NCBI GenBank assembly: GCA_013178285.1
Contig: JABLXD010000012.1
Coordinates: forward strand, 5,174 to 69,173
DNA: 64,000 nt
Reading direction: 5' to 3'
Source: Methanofastidiosum sp.
GTDB taxonomy: Archaea > Methanobacteriota_B > Thermococci > Methanofastidiosales > Methanofastidiosaceae
The translations under genes and the position numbers were made by a program. Under the pieces are notes generated by a model, which saw only the letters and a program-made list of their open reading frames with translations, had not been told where the DNA came from and ran no database searches. Position 1 is the first letter of the stretch. The number at the start of each line of letters is the position of its first letter. Positions 7,313 to 17,100 of the stretch are shown here, one piece after another.

Positions 7313-8140
7313 ATGGAAAATAATAAGATAATATTAATAGTATTACCATTTTTTTTAATTATCGGCACTTTATTTATTGTTCAGGTTAATAATTATAACC
7401 AGAACTTAGAAAAAGACTTAGTAAAAATAAATAGTTTTTATAGTATTAATAACGATTCATATTCAGAAGATTTAAGTTTCGATTATGACTATTATCAAAA
7501 GGATCCATATAATAAAAATATCTTTAATTCTAGTATAATCAGTTATAAATCTCTTCGCGTGAATTTTGGTAAAACTGAAACATCACTTATTCTTGAATTT
7601 CATACATTGAGAAAAGTAAAGGACAAATGGCTTTATTTATATATAAACAATTACTACTCATATTATTTTTTTGGAATAGATGAAATAAAATCTATAAAAA
7701 TAAAAAATAAAGAAGGGAAAGAAAAAACATATGACAAAGAAGATTTAGTAGATAAATGGTTTACAAATGGTAATCTAAAATTAGATCATGAAATGTTTAA
7801 TTCAGAATTCGACGAATATACAATAGAAATACTTATGGAACCTATGCCAATAAAAACAAATGAAATAATAATTCAGAATTGTATACGGGATATAAATTAT
7901 TATTTTGGGTGGAATGCTGATGAGTTTGTTTATATTAGTTCAAATGTTGGGAGAACGAACAACAATGTTATTTATTATTCACCAACAAATATTTCACCAA
8001 TGAATACAAAAATAGAAACTACCATAATTAGAGACAAAACAAAAAATGATTGGAACCTATATATCCAATTTCTAGCAAATGCTCTTGCATTTTCAGTTGT
8101 AATTGTTTCTGCAGGGAAGTATCTACTAGGAAAAAAATAA
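7313..8140 (+). CDS. Hypothetical membrane protein, N- and C-terminal TM, Asn/Tyr-rich extracellular domain
   Basis: 275-aa ORF with terminal hydrophobic helices; very AT-rich codons. Confidence 0.75.
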   Translation: MENNKIILIVLPFFLIIGTLFIVQVNNYNQNLEKDLVKINSFYSINNDSYSEDLSFDYDYYQKDPYNKNIFNSSIISYKSLRVNFGKTETSLILEFHTLRKVKDKWLYLYINNYYSYYFFGIDEIKSIKIKNKEGKEKTYDKEDLVDKWFTNGNLKLDHEMFNSEFDEYTIEILMEPMPIKTNEIIIQNCIRDINYYFGWNADEFVYISSNVGRTNNNVIYYSPTNISPMNTKIETTIIRDKTKNDWNLYIQFLANALAFSVVIVSAGKYLLGKK

Positions 8141-8184
8141 TAATGGTTAAGATTTTAGTTTAATTAGTAAAAATATAATTATCC

Positions 8185-8294
8185 AAAAATAAAGTCAATA
8201 AGGTTAAATAAAGGAGTGTAAAAAGATTAAAAGACTCTCCTTTTATTTACATCTTTTAGGCCTAGGGGCACGTTTATTTATTGACTTTATTTTT
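8185..8294. repeat. 17-bp perfect inverted repeat enclosing a nested hairpin (MITE-like/cruciform)
   Basis: AAAAATAAAGTCAATAA (8185-8201) / TTATTGACTTTATTTTT (8278-8294); inner TAAATAAAGGAG (8205-8216) / CTCCTTTTATTTA (8237-8249). Confidence 0.85.
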
Positions 8295-8343
8295 TTAATG
8301 GCCTATAAAAAGACCTAAAAATCATCTTTTGACGCCTTTAATG

Positions 8344-8423
8344 AATTCTTTATCTGTATGCGCTTGGCTCCTTAACAAGTGCGAGGGACTACAGTATTAC
8401 TCGAAAGAGTAGAGAGAAGAATT
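8344..8423 (+). ncRNA. Candidate structured RNA (three-way junction), unassigned family
   Basis: AATTCTT/AAGAATT, CTGTA/TACAG, GCGCTTG/CAAGTGC (G-U on plus strand), TACTC-GAAA-GAGTA GNRA hairpin; GC-richer than flanks. Confidence 0.5.
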
Positions 8424-8462
8424 ATTAAACTATTTAAATAAATAAACAAAATAATTATAAAA

Positions 8463-8801
8463 ATGATAGAAGGAATTATATTGGGAATAGGACTTCATGC
8501 AAAAGTAAAAGTAAAACAAAAAAGAATAAATAAAAAAAGACCTATTTTAGAATTGGAAGGAGGGCATGATCTTTTTAAAAAAGATAACAAGTGGAACTAT
8601 CTGACTAGAATTATTGATAGAGAAAATGATCATTATTTAGAAGTTATAAAAGATATAAAAACAGAGAAAATTATTAAAAAAGAAGATTGTAAACTTTCAG
8701 ATCATTACGGCCATGGCAGTGCCAAATGGAAAAAGAACAGATATAAGATACTTAGATTTTTTAAAACCATAATCTCATTTTTTAAAAGATTATTTGTCTG
8801 A
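8463..8801 (+). CDS. Conserved hypothetical protein (RIIDRENDxYxE...LSxHxGHGSAK family)
   Basis: Motif recalled from hypothetical proteins that often carry an N-terminal zinc ribbon, absent here; TATA-like TTTAAATA upstream. Confidence 0.65.
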   Translation: MIEGIILGIGLHAKVKVKQKRINKKRPILELEGGHDLFKKDNKWNYLTRIIDRENDHYLEVIKDIKTEKIIKKEDCKLSDHYGHGSAKWKKNRYKILRFFKTIISFFKRLFV

Positions 8802-9031
8802 TTCTTTAAGATTAGATAACGAAAAACAATATTTTTTTTATAATTCACTTTTTGAACTTCGTCAACAGCATGAATATAGACCCTAGTAGAGAAAATTAAT
8901 TACTAACTCCTCTAAATCCCCATTATTTTCCCTAACTACCCCGCCCTAAACAGCCACAAAATCATTTACGTATAATAATCCTATTTTAGTTAGAAGAAGG
9001 TATTTAAATAAAACGCCAATATATAAGGACG

Positions 9032-9289
9032 ATGACTACCAATGTAAGGCGTGTCTGGGATAAAATGGAATACGAAACTCCTAAGGCCTACGATGCATTT
9101 CTCTCCTATTGTGAGTTGGGCCCAAATAGAAGCCTATCAAAGTTGTCAAAGAATCTCAAGAAAAGCAAGTCGCTTCTCTCACGCTGGTCCGCTAGATATG
9201 ACTGGTTCTATAGGGCTTCCACATACGACAAGTACCTTCATGAAATGGTTATGAGAGAAGTTGCAATTATTTGGGCTATGGTCATTTGA
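9032..9289 (+). pseudogene. Phage terminase-small-subunit-like HTH protein, probably 3' truncated
   Basis: W....ETPKAYDAFLSY.ELGPNRSLSKLS..LKKSKSLLSRWSARYDW..RA..YD matches the recalled N-terminus of phage HTH/TerS-like proteins; C-terminus runs into an antisense ORF. Confidence 0.6.
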
Positions 9290-9423
9290 GTATCTAATAT
9301 GCTCAATCTATTAACAAAAAAATAGTATGGCGCATATCTAAACAAAATTATAAAAGAAATAATCGTGAATAATCCAATAAATAAAGGAGTCTTATAATTA
9401 ATTTCCATTATTAGAAATCTCAA
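9238..9423 (-). CDS. Small hydrophobic ORF, probably a fragment
   Basis: Two hydrophobic stretches; overlaps the 3' end of the TerS-like relic head-on. Confidence 0.35.
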   Translation of the reverse strand: MRFLIMEINYKTPLFIGLFTIISFIILFRYAPYYFFVNRLSILDTQMTIAQIIATSLITIS

Positions 9424-9516
9424 GTTGGAATATATAAATGTATATATAATGCGAGTTTATTTTGGTGAATTTCTCAATGAAAAAATATTTCCCTATTTGA
9501 AGAAAAATAAGTATAA

Positions 9517-10044
9517 TTATTTTTTAAAGAAATTTATTTTATCTCCTACTAATGAAACAATAAAAATAGAACTTAAGGTACCAATAAAAGCCGAAAATAA
9601 AATTCCTAAAAATAAGTTAATTCGATCTCTATTCTTATTATATAGAGATATGTCAGTAGTTTGAAAATTTTCATAATCAGCTATTTTGGCCCCACCAATT
9701 AAAGATTCTATATCATTTGATTTATTTCTCAATTCAAAATCAGAGTCCCATAAAATACTATAAGGATAATGATACGAAAATGCCCTCAAAAGATAATCTT
9801 TTTCTAAATCAAAATTCATATTTCTCTTAAATTTTATCTTAATATAAAGGTAAGAATAATTATTGGGATTAAATATATCTTGATTTAATTTTATATGTAT
9901 TGATGAATTATCAAATACAATTTTATCATTATTTATTTTGGAGGAATTATATATATTCTCATAAGCTATACTGAATGTGCGTTTTTCATAATTAGGATAA
10001 TAACGGTACACGTCAATGCTATCAATGTCTTTTGTATTTATCAA
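9517..10044 (-). CDS. Hypothetical protein with C-terminal TM, probably a 5'-truncated fragment
   Basis: C-terminal anchor like that of 7313-8140 but no N-terminal signal; begins next to the island junction. Confidence 0.55.
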   Translation of the reverse strand: MINTKDIDSIDVYRYYPNYEKRTFSIAYENIYNSSKINNDKIVFDNSSIHIKLNQDIFNPNNYSYLYIKIKFKRNMNFDLEKDYLLRAFSYHYPYSILWDSDFELRNKSNDIESLIGGAKIADYENFQTTDISLYNKNRDRINLFLGILFSAFIGTLSSIFIVSLVGDKINFFKK

Positions 10045-10087
10045 ATTTCCTTTTAAAGTGTCAATATTTATATAAAAATGTAAATAT

Positions 10088-10456
10088 TTATCGTATAAAA
10101 AATTTTTGTATATAGATGCTATCAGAATAGGTTTGGATAATAGTTGAAACGATTAATATCCCAAAAAAAGGCGGTATTAAGACTCCTAGTGAAGCAAATA
10201 AAGATCCCCAAAATCCCTTTATTTTGCTTCCTAATAATATTGACAAATTAAATGCAATTGGTCCCGGCATAGATTGTGCTATTGAGAGTAAATTAAAAAA
10301 TTCTTTTTCTGATATCAATTTTTTATTAATCAAATTTCTCTCTATTGCAGGGGCCATTGCATATCCGCCCCCAATAGTAAATCCGGATATCTTAAGAAAA
10401 ATGAGAAAAATAGAAAGTAATTCTCTATTTTTAGAGTCAAGAATCTTCATGTGCAA
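10088..10456 (-). pseudogene. Short-chain chromate transporter (CHR), C-terminally truncated
   Basis: FLKISGFTIGGGYAM and AQSMPGPIAFN CHR motifs; stops at 122 aa just after QKFF, lacking the later helices of full-length short-chain CHR proteins. Confidence 0.75.
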
Positions 10457-10592
10457 CTCCTTAAAATATTCTAACGATATAGATTTAAATCAATTTTTGA
10501 TGTAAACAATCGTATGAATTTATATTCGTAATCCAAAAACTTAAATATAGTTAGATGATTTAACATCAACATAAACAACAAAGGGGATTAAA

Positions 10593-12191
10593 TTGAGCGA
10601 ATATCTTTTGGAAGTTGAAAATATAACAATAACTTTTGATGGCAGAAAAATTCTTGATAATGTATCCTTCAAATTGAAAGAAGGGGAATCTTTAGGTTTA
10701 TTGGGTAAAAGTGGTAGCGGTAAATCTGTCCTTATCAACATATTGAGGGGAACTAAAGAATATAGGCCAACAGAAGGTAAAATCTTCTACAATGTTTCTT
10801 ATTGCCCAAAGTGTCTGAAAGTTGACCTTCCAAGCAAAAAGGGCACTAAATGCACTAAATGCAATGAAGAAATGATTCTAAAAAAAGTTGATTTCTGGGA
10901 AGATAAAACGCTCTTTAATCAAATAAGAAAAAGAACTGCTATTATGTTACAGCGTACATTTTCACTTTATGGTGAAAAAACGGTAATGGAGAATATGCAG
11001 GATGCTTTTACTGGAACTGAAATCCCAAGAAACATGGTCATACCAAGGATTATAGAACTTCTACAAAAAGTGAATATGGTCCAAAGGATGACACATATTG
11101 CAAGGGATTTATCGGGTGGAGAAAAACAAAGAATAGTTCTTGCAAGACAACTTGCCATAAATCCTATGTTACTTCTAGCTGATGAGCCTACAGGAACATT
11201 GGATCCTTTAACTGCAAGTACGGTTCATAATGTCCTTCTAGATTCGGTAAAACAAGGGATGTCCCTAATAGTCACATCACACTGGCCTGAAGCTATTGAG
11301 TTGTTGACTCAAAAAGCTGTTTGGCTTGAAAATGGAAAAGTAATCCAATCTGGAGATTCAAAAGAAGTTGTTAAATCCTTTATGCAAAAACTAATGCCTG
11401 AAGAGAAGATAAGATTCCCAGGCATTGGAAGTAGTATAATTGAACTATGGGATGTGAAAAAACACTACTATTCTATATCTCGTGGAGTTGTTAAAGCTGT
11501 TGATGGGGTTACTTTTGCCGTTAATGAAAAAGAGATTTTTGGATTAGTGGGCAAGAGCGGAGCTGGCAAAACTACAGTTTCAAGAATTATTGCTGGGATT
11601 ACTCCGTTTACTGATGGCGAACTAAACATAAGAATCGGTGATGAATGGATAGATATGAAAGAACCCGGATTCTTAGGTAAAGGTAAGGCAATGCTCTACA
11701 TGGGAATGCTTCACCAAGAATATACTTTGTATCCTGATAAAAACGTACTACAAAATTTAACTGACTCTATAGGAATCAAACTTCCAAAGGAATTAGGAAA
11801 AATGAAAGTTATTTCTGTCCTTGAAGGTGTTGGCTTTGAGGACCCAACTGAACTTGATGAAATACTACTTAAAATGCCAGATGCTCTTTCTGTTGGAGAA
11901 AAACATAGGATTGCATTGGCCCAAGTATTAATCAAGGAGCCAAGGATAGTTATTCTTGATGAACCTACAGGTACTATGGACCCATTCACAAGAAAAATTG
12001 TTGCAAAGTCTATAAGAAAAGCTAGGGAAGTATTGGGTGAAACATTTTTAATAGTCACGCACGACTCTGATTTTATCGTGGATGTTTGCGATAGGGCATG
12101 TTACATGAAAGATGGAAAAGTAGTTCTTATAGGGGAGCCTGAAGAAATAAAAGAACGAATGATATCTATTAAAGAACCTGAAAATGAATAG
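10593..12191 (+). CDS. atwA: Methyl-coenzyme M reductase system component A2
   Basis: Two ABC ATPase domains (GKSGSGKS, GKSGAGKT), CPKC/CTKC zinc insert, RMTHIARDLSGGEKQR, TSHWPE. Confidence 0.95.
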   Translation: MSEYLLEVENITITFDGRKILDNVSFKLKEGESLGLLGKSGSGKSVLINILRGTKEYRPTEGKIFYNVSYCPKCLKVDLPSKKGTKCTKCNEEMILKKVDFWEDKTLFNQIRKRTAIMLQRTFSLYGEKTVMENMQDAFTGTEIPRNMVIPRIIELLQKVNMVQRMTHIARDLSGGEKQRIVLARQLAINPMLLLADEPTGTLDPLTASTVHNVLLDSVKQGMSLIVTSHWPEAIELLTQKAVWLENGKVIQSGDSKEVVKSFMQKLMPEEKIRFPGIGSSIIELWDVKKHYYSISRGVVKAVDGVTFAVNEKEIFGLVGKSGAGKTTVSRIIAGITPFTDGELNIRIGDEWIDMKEPGFLGKGKAMLYMGMLHQEYTLYPDKNVLQNLTDSIGIKLPKELGKMKVISVLEGVGFEDPTELDEILLKMPDALSVGEKHRIALAQVLIKEPRIVILDEPTGTMDPFTRKIVAKSIRKAREVLGETFLIVTHDSDFIVDVCDRACYMKDGKVVLIGEPEEIKERMISIKEPENE

Positions 12192-12365
12192 CTAATTTTT
12201 CTCTAATATATTTTATTTATTTACATTATTAATATTTCAAAATACAAAGTTTTGAAAAGCAATAATATTAAACTATTGATTAACAATAATATTATATATT
12301 ATTTTCATTAATAACAATAATTGATTAATTATTGAAATTAATTTATTCTAAAATTAGCAATCATG

Positions 12366-13367
12366 TTATCGATGGGATAGGATATGAAGATATCGAGTAA
12401 GGCTTTTATGAACTCTAAAACTATAGATACTTTCAATTCTAAATCCTATTTCTTCAAAAGGATATTCTTTATCCAAGCCTACTACACATCTTTTTTTGAA
12501 AGATTCTAACATTGAAAAGAAACAATCTTTATACATCTTCTCTTTATCTTTATCTATTTTAGTTGAACGGCCATAAGGTGCATCGGTAACGATAGACTCA
12601 AACTTTCTACCAAAGGTCCCATATATCTTTCTTGCATCGCCCACACGAATATCAAAATTATGTATTCCATAATTTGAAAGATTCATTTTTGTTCCCAATA
12701 CGCTTTTTTCTTCTATATCTAGACCATAAGTTTCCAGGCCTATTAATCCTGCTTCAATTAAAATCCCCCCTGTTCCAGCAAAGGGATCCAAGATTTCTGA
12801 TTGTGCCTGAGAAATATTGATCATAGCTCTTGCTATACGTGGATCAATTGATGTTGGAGAAAAAAAGGGTCTAAGCTGTGGTTTTCTTTTGTTAAAGTCA
12901 CTCTTGTTTCTTTCGAATATTTTTTTCCCAATAACTAATCTATCATTTAAAATGACCCCAACTATTTCATCCATTGGATTCGTTAAATCTACCTTTATTT
13001 TATTTTGAAAAAAATTAGATATCGATTTTCCAATGATACTTTCGAGGTCCCCATAATCTTTAACATCTTTATTCTTAACTCTAACCTTAAAAGTTCTATT
13101 AAAGTCAAGTACAGAATCCCATTGTATTCCGGATAAAATTCTATCCATTTTTTCATCAATAATTGAATCAGAAATAATTTCCAAAACAAAATGGGTCAGG
13201 CCCAATCTATAAAGGAACTCAATATTTTTTTTATTAATGTTAACTAGTAGCAGTTGCCCCTCAGAATGCTCTATCTTATAGATTGCACCATAAGAATCTA
13301 GCAATGAAACAACTTCTTCTTTAGCAAATAAAGTGTTGCCCCCAGACAAAAAAAATAGTAATTTCAT
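12366..13367 (-). CDS. trm11: tRNA (guanine-10-N2)-dimethyltransferase, THUMP plus methylase
   Basis: THUMP KVDLTNP; RPFFSPTSIDPRIARAMIN, DPFAGTGGILIEA, TDAPYGRS. Confidence 0.9.
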   Translation of the reverse strand: MKLLFFLSGGNTLFAKEEVVSLLDSYGAIYKIEHSEGQLLLVNINKKNIEFLYRLGLTHFVLEIISDSIIDEKMDRILSGIQWDSVLDFNRTFKVRVKNKDVKDYGDLESIIGKSISNFFQNKIKVDLTNPMDEIVGVILNDRLVIGKKIFERNKSDFNKRKPQLRPFFSPTSIDPRIARAMINISQAQSEILDPFAGTGGILIEAGLIGLETYGLDIEEKSVLGTKMNLSNYGIHNFDIRVGDARKIYGTFGRKFESIVTDAPYGRSTKIDKDKEKMYKDCFFSMLESFKKRCVVGLDKEYPFEEIGFRIESIYSFRVHKSLTRYLHILSHR

Positions 13368-14117
13368 CTATATCTCCATTGGAGCAAGGTACAAAGTAAA
13401 TCGACCTTCGTCTTTTGTAGGATACTCAAGTTTTAAGGGAAGTTTTGTTCCTCCAACAGATATTTTAAGGTAATCTGAGAGAGCATATGCATTTAAAAAA
13501 CTTAAAATATAGTTTAGATTATATTTTGAACGCTGAGTAGTTTTTGTTTCAAATTTTCTTATAGAACTTGAATCTGAAGAGATTTCAGCCAAAGCTTTTG
13601 ATGTGTAATCCTCAGATAGAATAGAAATATTATTTTTATGTACTGAAAAAAGGATAGTGCCTCCAATTATGGCCATATCTTTTATAATATCTCTAAAAAT
13701 CTTACTATCAATTTCAATGAAAGTTGAGTATTTTGGATTTAATGTTGGTATGTTAAAATTACTTGTTGAAAGTAAAGTAAATTCAAAATTTCTTTTAAAA
13801 TCACTTTCTAAAACAATTTCAATCTTGCCAGCTTTAGAATTGACATCAATTATCAATGATTCACCAGCACTTGCTCGTTTACATATTCTCGCAAAGGAAT
13901 CTATATTAATCCCAATAGACTCTTCAACATCTATTTGAAAAGTATCAAAAGTTTTAGCAGGCATGAAAAATTCAACTTTTGATATAAGAGAAGGATCTGT
14001 CCCCTCGATGTAGATCCCATTATTTTTTATTGTAAAAAGACATTCTCCCGTAAGTTCAGATATTGATTCAATTACTTGCTTAATAGATGATATATCACTG
14101 GATATGAAGCGGGACAT
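13368..14117 (-). CDS. pcn: PCNA sliding clamp (divergent)
   Basis: 249 aa; GTDPSLIS (DPS loop), SKYNLNY, LPLKLEY and YLAP C-terminus. Confidence 0.85.
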   Translation of the reverse strand: MSRFISSDISSIKQVIESISELTGECLFTIKNNGIYIEGTDPSLISKVEFFMPAKTFDTFQIDVEESIGINIDSFARICKRASAGESLIIDVNSKAGKIEIVLESDFKRNFEFTLLSTSNFNIPTLNPKYSTFIEIDSKIFRDIIKDMAIIGGTILFSVHKNNISILSEDYTSKALAEISSDSSSIRKFETKTTQRSKYNLNYILSFLNAYALSDYLKISVGGTKLPLKLEYPTKDEGRFTLYLAPMEI

Positions 14118-14179
14118 TAAAACACGTATAAGTTTATAAAAATAGTTATAAAAGATTTTCGTATAAGTTTATTAAATAC

Positions 14180-17100
14180 TTATATTGAATCCTTCTTCTT
14201 TCCCTTTATTACTTCTTTTGGATCAGGCACGGAATTAGAGTTATTAGAGGAGAATCGACGAATATTTTCTTCCTTTTTGCCTTTAATAACTTCCTTTATA
14301 TCTGGTACAGGAACATATGAATCATTTGAACTAGAAGGCCTTTTCTCTAATAATTCTTTAATTGAAGAGGGTATTTCGGGGGAGGTGTTGTTGTATCTAA
14401 AGTTGTTTGTCCAAGAGCTTCCCTTTTTACTTGATCCATTGTCGCCTTCTTTAAAGGGATTCTCTGGAGCACCGTTATTCTTCTTTTGTTTGAAGTCTTT
14501 GTATGCCCTTTCTACCGATGGAGGAAGATCTAGGTCGATATTTTTGGGAACCACTCTTCCTTTTATTTCTTTCAATTGCTCTTCTTCAAACTCAACATGT
14601 TTTTTATTTTCAATTTCGTTAATTTCATTTAATATTTTAGTCTGAAATTCGTCAAGTTCCTTTCTATCCATTAACTCTATATGACTAACATCCTCTGATT
14701 CAATTCTCTGCTCTGCTATTGCTATATTCTCTTTTCTTTTTTCAATTTCTTCTAAAGTTTTAGTAATTTCAGATCTTAATGATTCTATTTCAAAAGAATC
14801 AAGAGAGGCCAGCTTATCTTGATCCTGTAAAGTTGATTTTAATTCTTCTATATCTTTTCTAATCTCTTCCGGAGGGCCAAATTCTATCCTTGGGGGCCTT
14901 ATATTAATATCCTCTTCTGCTATTGGCATGACCTGTGGAGAATATTTCATTTCGGCCTTTGCATTGTTAATTTTAATTCCCTCTTTTTGTGAAGGTAGTT
15001 CTTTATTAATGACCCCTGCAGATTCCAATTCTTTTCTTAAAGATTCATTTTTTAGACCTTTGGATTCTTGAGATTCATATAAATGGGATAGGGAAAAAGG
15101 TTTCTTTTCTTGAGGTATGCCTTCTTTCTTCTTTGAAAATAATGAAAATTTACTCTTTTGTTTCTGTTTAATTGCAGGAGGCGCAACTTTTTTACCGAGT
15201 AATTCATGACCAATCTGATCTTTAGTTAGTATATTATCTTCACGTGTTGCAAACTCTTTAAACTTATTTTCAATTTCAAGACTTGGAGAGGGAGGTGGTT
15301 GCATTCTTTCTTTGGAGGGTATTTTTTCCTTCTTAGAAAACAGGTCAAAACTTTTCTTCTCTTTTTTAATGCCTCCATCTAGTGATTTAGATTGAGTTCC
15401 GAAGGGAGCTATTGGAGCCTGTTGTTCAGATTTAACAGATTTTTCTTTTTGTCTTGAGAAAACTCCAAATCCTTTTTCGGATTTAGTTGTTTTTTTCTTA
15501 ACTATCTCTGGGCCGGGAGGAGGTGTTCCACCTTTTTGGATCATAGATTTAGTAGATGGCCCTTTCGATCTGGTTGATCTATAGACCGAGTATCCTACTA
15601 CGGACAAAAGTAGTGCAATAATTGCAATTATAATATATGGCGCATATGGGGAAGACTTAATATCCTCTATTGTTTGAGTTACGGCTTGAGGGACACTTGG
15701 TACGCTAGATTGAGGAGCTACTTTTGCTTTAACACTGATTGCTGTTCTTTCAATATCAAAAGATTTTAACTCCTCAAAGGCGTTCATCCAGTAGAACTTT
15801 GAGTCTTCTAAGATAAAGGAGCCAGACTTTGTAGCTTTTATTTGTATTTCTTTTGATACCTCAGCCCCACCTTTAATTTCTTCAATTATAATTTCTTTAT
15901 CTCCAGAAATTATTTCAAATTCTGAAGGAAGTGCTTCAGCTATTTTAACTTCGTATATATCGTCCTTGCCCCAGTTTTTGATATTATATATAATTTTCAA
16001 TACTTCTCCTTCTTCAATTTCATTAGTAGAGATAGTTCTAGAAATTGAAGGTCCCCAAACTGTAACTAATGTAGGGGATAGAGATTTAGTTCCTTTGACG
16101 CCCCACTCGTCTTCATAAGTAGAAGCTGTTTGGCCAATCTGGTATTCTCCGCCTTGAGAAGGAACTAATGTGTATCTTAAAGTAACTCGCTCTTCTGGTT
16201 TCAGTTGGCCTCCCCAATAATTAATACCTGTTGTCAATTGAAGATTTGAAGGTATCCTGTCCTCGATTCTTACATTTTTAGCATCGCCATCGCCAGTATT
16301 AGTTATTATTGTTGTAACAGGGATGATATGCCCAATTCTAACAATATCCGATTCATATTCAGATTCTTGTCTAATCAACTGTATATTTGGAGTCCTTCCA
16401 CCAACAGTTATATTTGTAGATGCTTCAGATTTAGCCTTCTTCGCAGCAATATCTTCAAATTCTGATGAAGTATTGATAGTGAATATCTTATCCTTATTCT
16501 CTTGAAGAACTCTGACTGTGAATTTAGTTGTTTTGGAATCTCCTTGTTTTAAACTATCAACAAACCCTCCAAGTTCTCCGTCTACAAGCTCTATATCCCC
16601 AGAAATAGAGTTGATATAGCTTATTTTCTTTGCAAGACCATCTCCTGTGTTAGTTAAAGTTAGGACAACATCGACATACTTATAATCTGCAAAAGAATAA
16701 TCTTCATTGAAATATTGGATATTGGAAATTGTAATCTTAGGTTCTCCGTTTACTCTTACTGATGTACCTGATGCTATATGTTCAAAACTATGCCCTTCTA
16801 GATCATAATATAATAATTTAGTATCCCCAATTTTATATTCGCCTGGATACGACGCTGTTATGATATAATTATACATTTTTTCCTGTTCTGGTTTTAGTTC
16901 AGGAATTGTATATTCTATTCTTTTTATTTTAGGATTGTCAATCAATCTAAATCCTTCAGGGACATAATCAAGAACCTGCACATCTCTTGCAATTTTATTT
17001 CCAGTATTTCTTACAACTAGCACGACTATAACAGAATCTCCCCTAGATATGGTAACTCTATCCAATTTTTTAAGAATTTCAAGTCTAGGAAATTCCTTGC

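Larger units (their letters stand above)
4751..10090. mobile_element. Accessory/decayed island around a dif-type site
   Basis: Low coding density, very AT-rich spacers, repeats, orphan membrane ORFs, phage-like relic, truncated gene at the right edge. No integrase in the window; boundaries approximate. Confidence 0.5.

Noticed and set aside
8344-8423. Assignment as hammerhead, twister or HDV ribozyme
   Set aside because: Core consensus (CUGANGA/GAAA, twister UAA plus double pseudoknot, HDV nested pseudoknot) could not be fitted; left unassigned.
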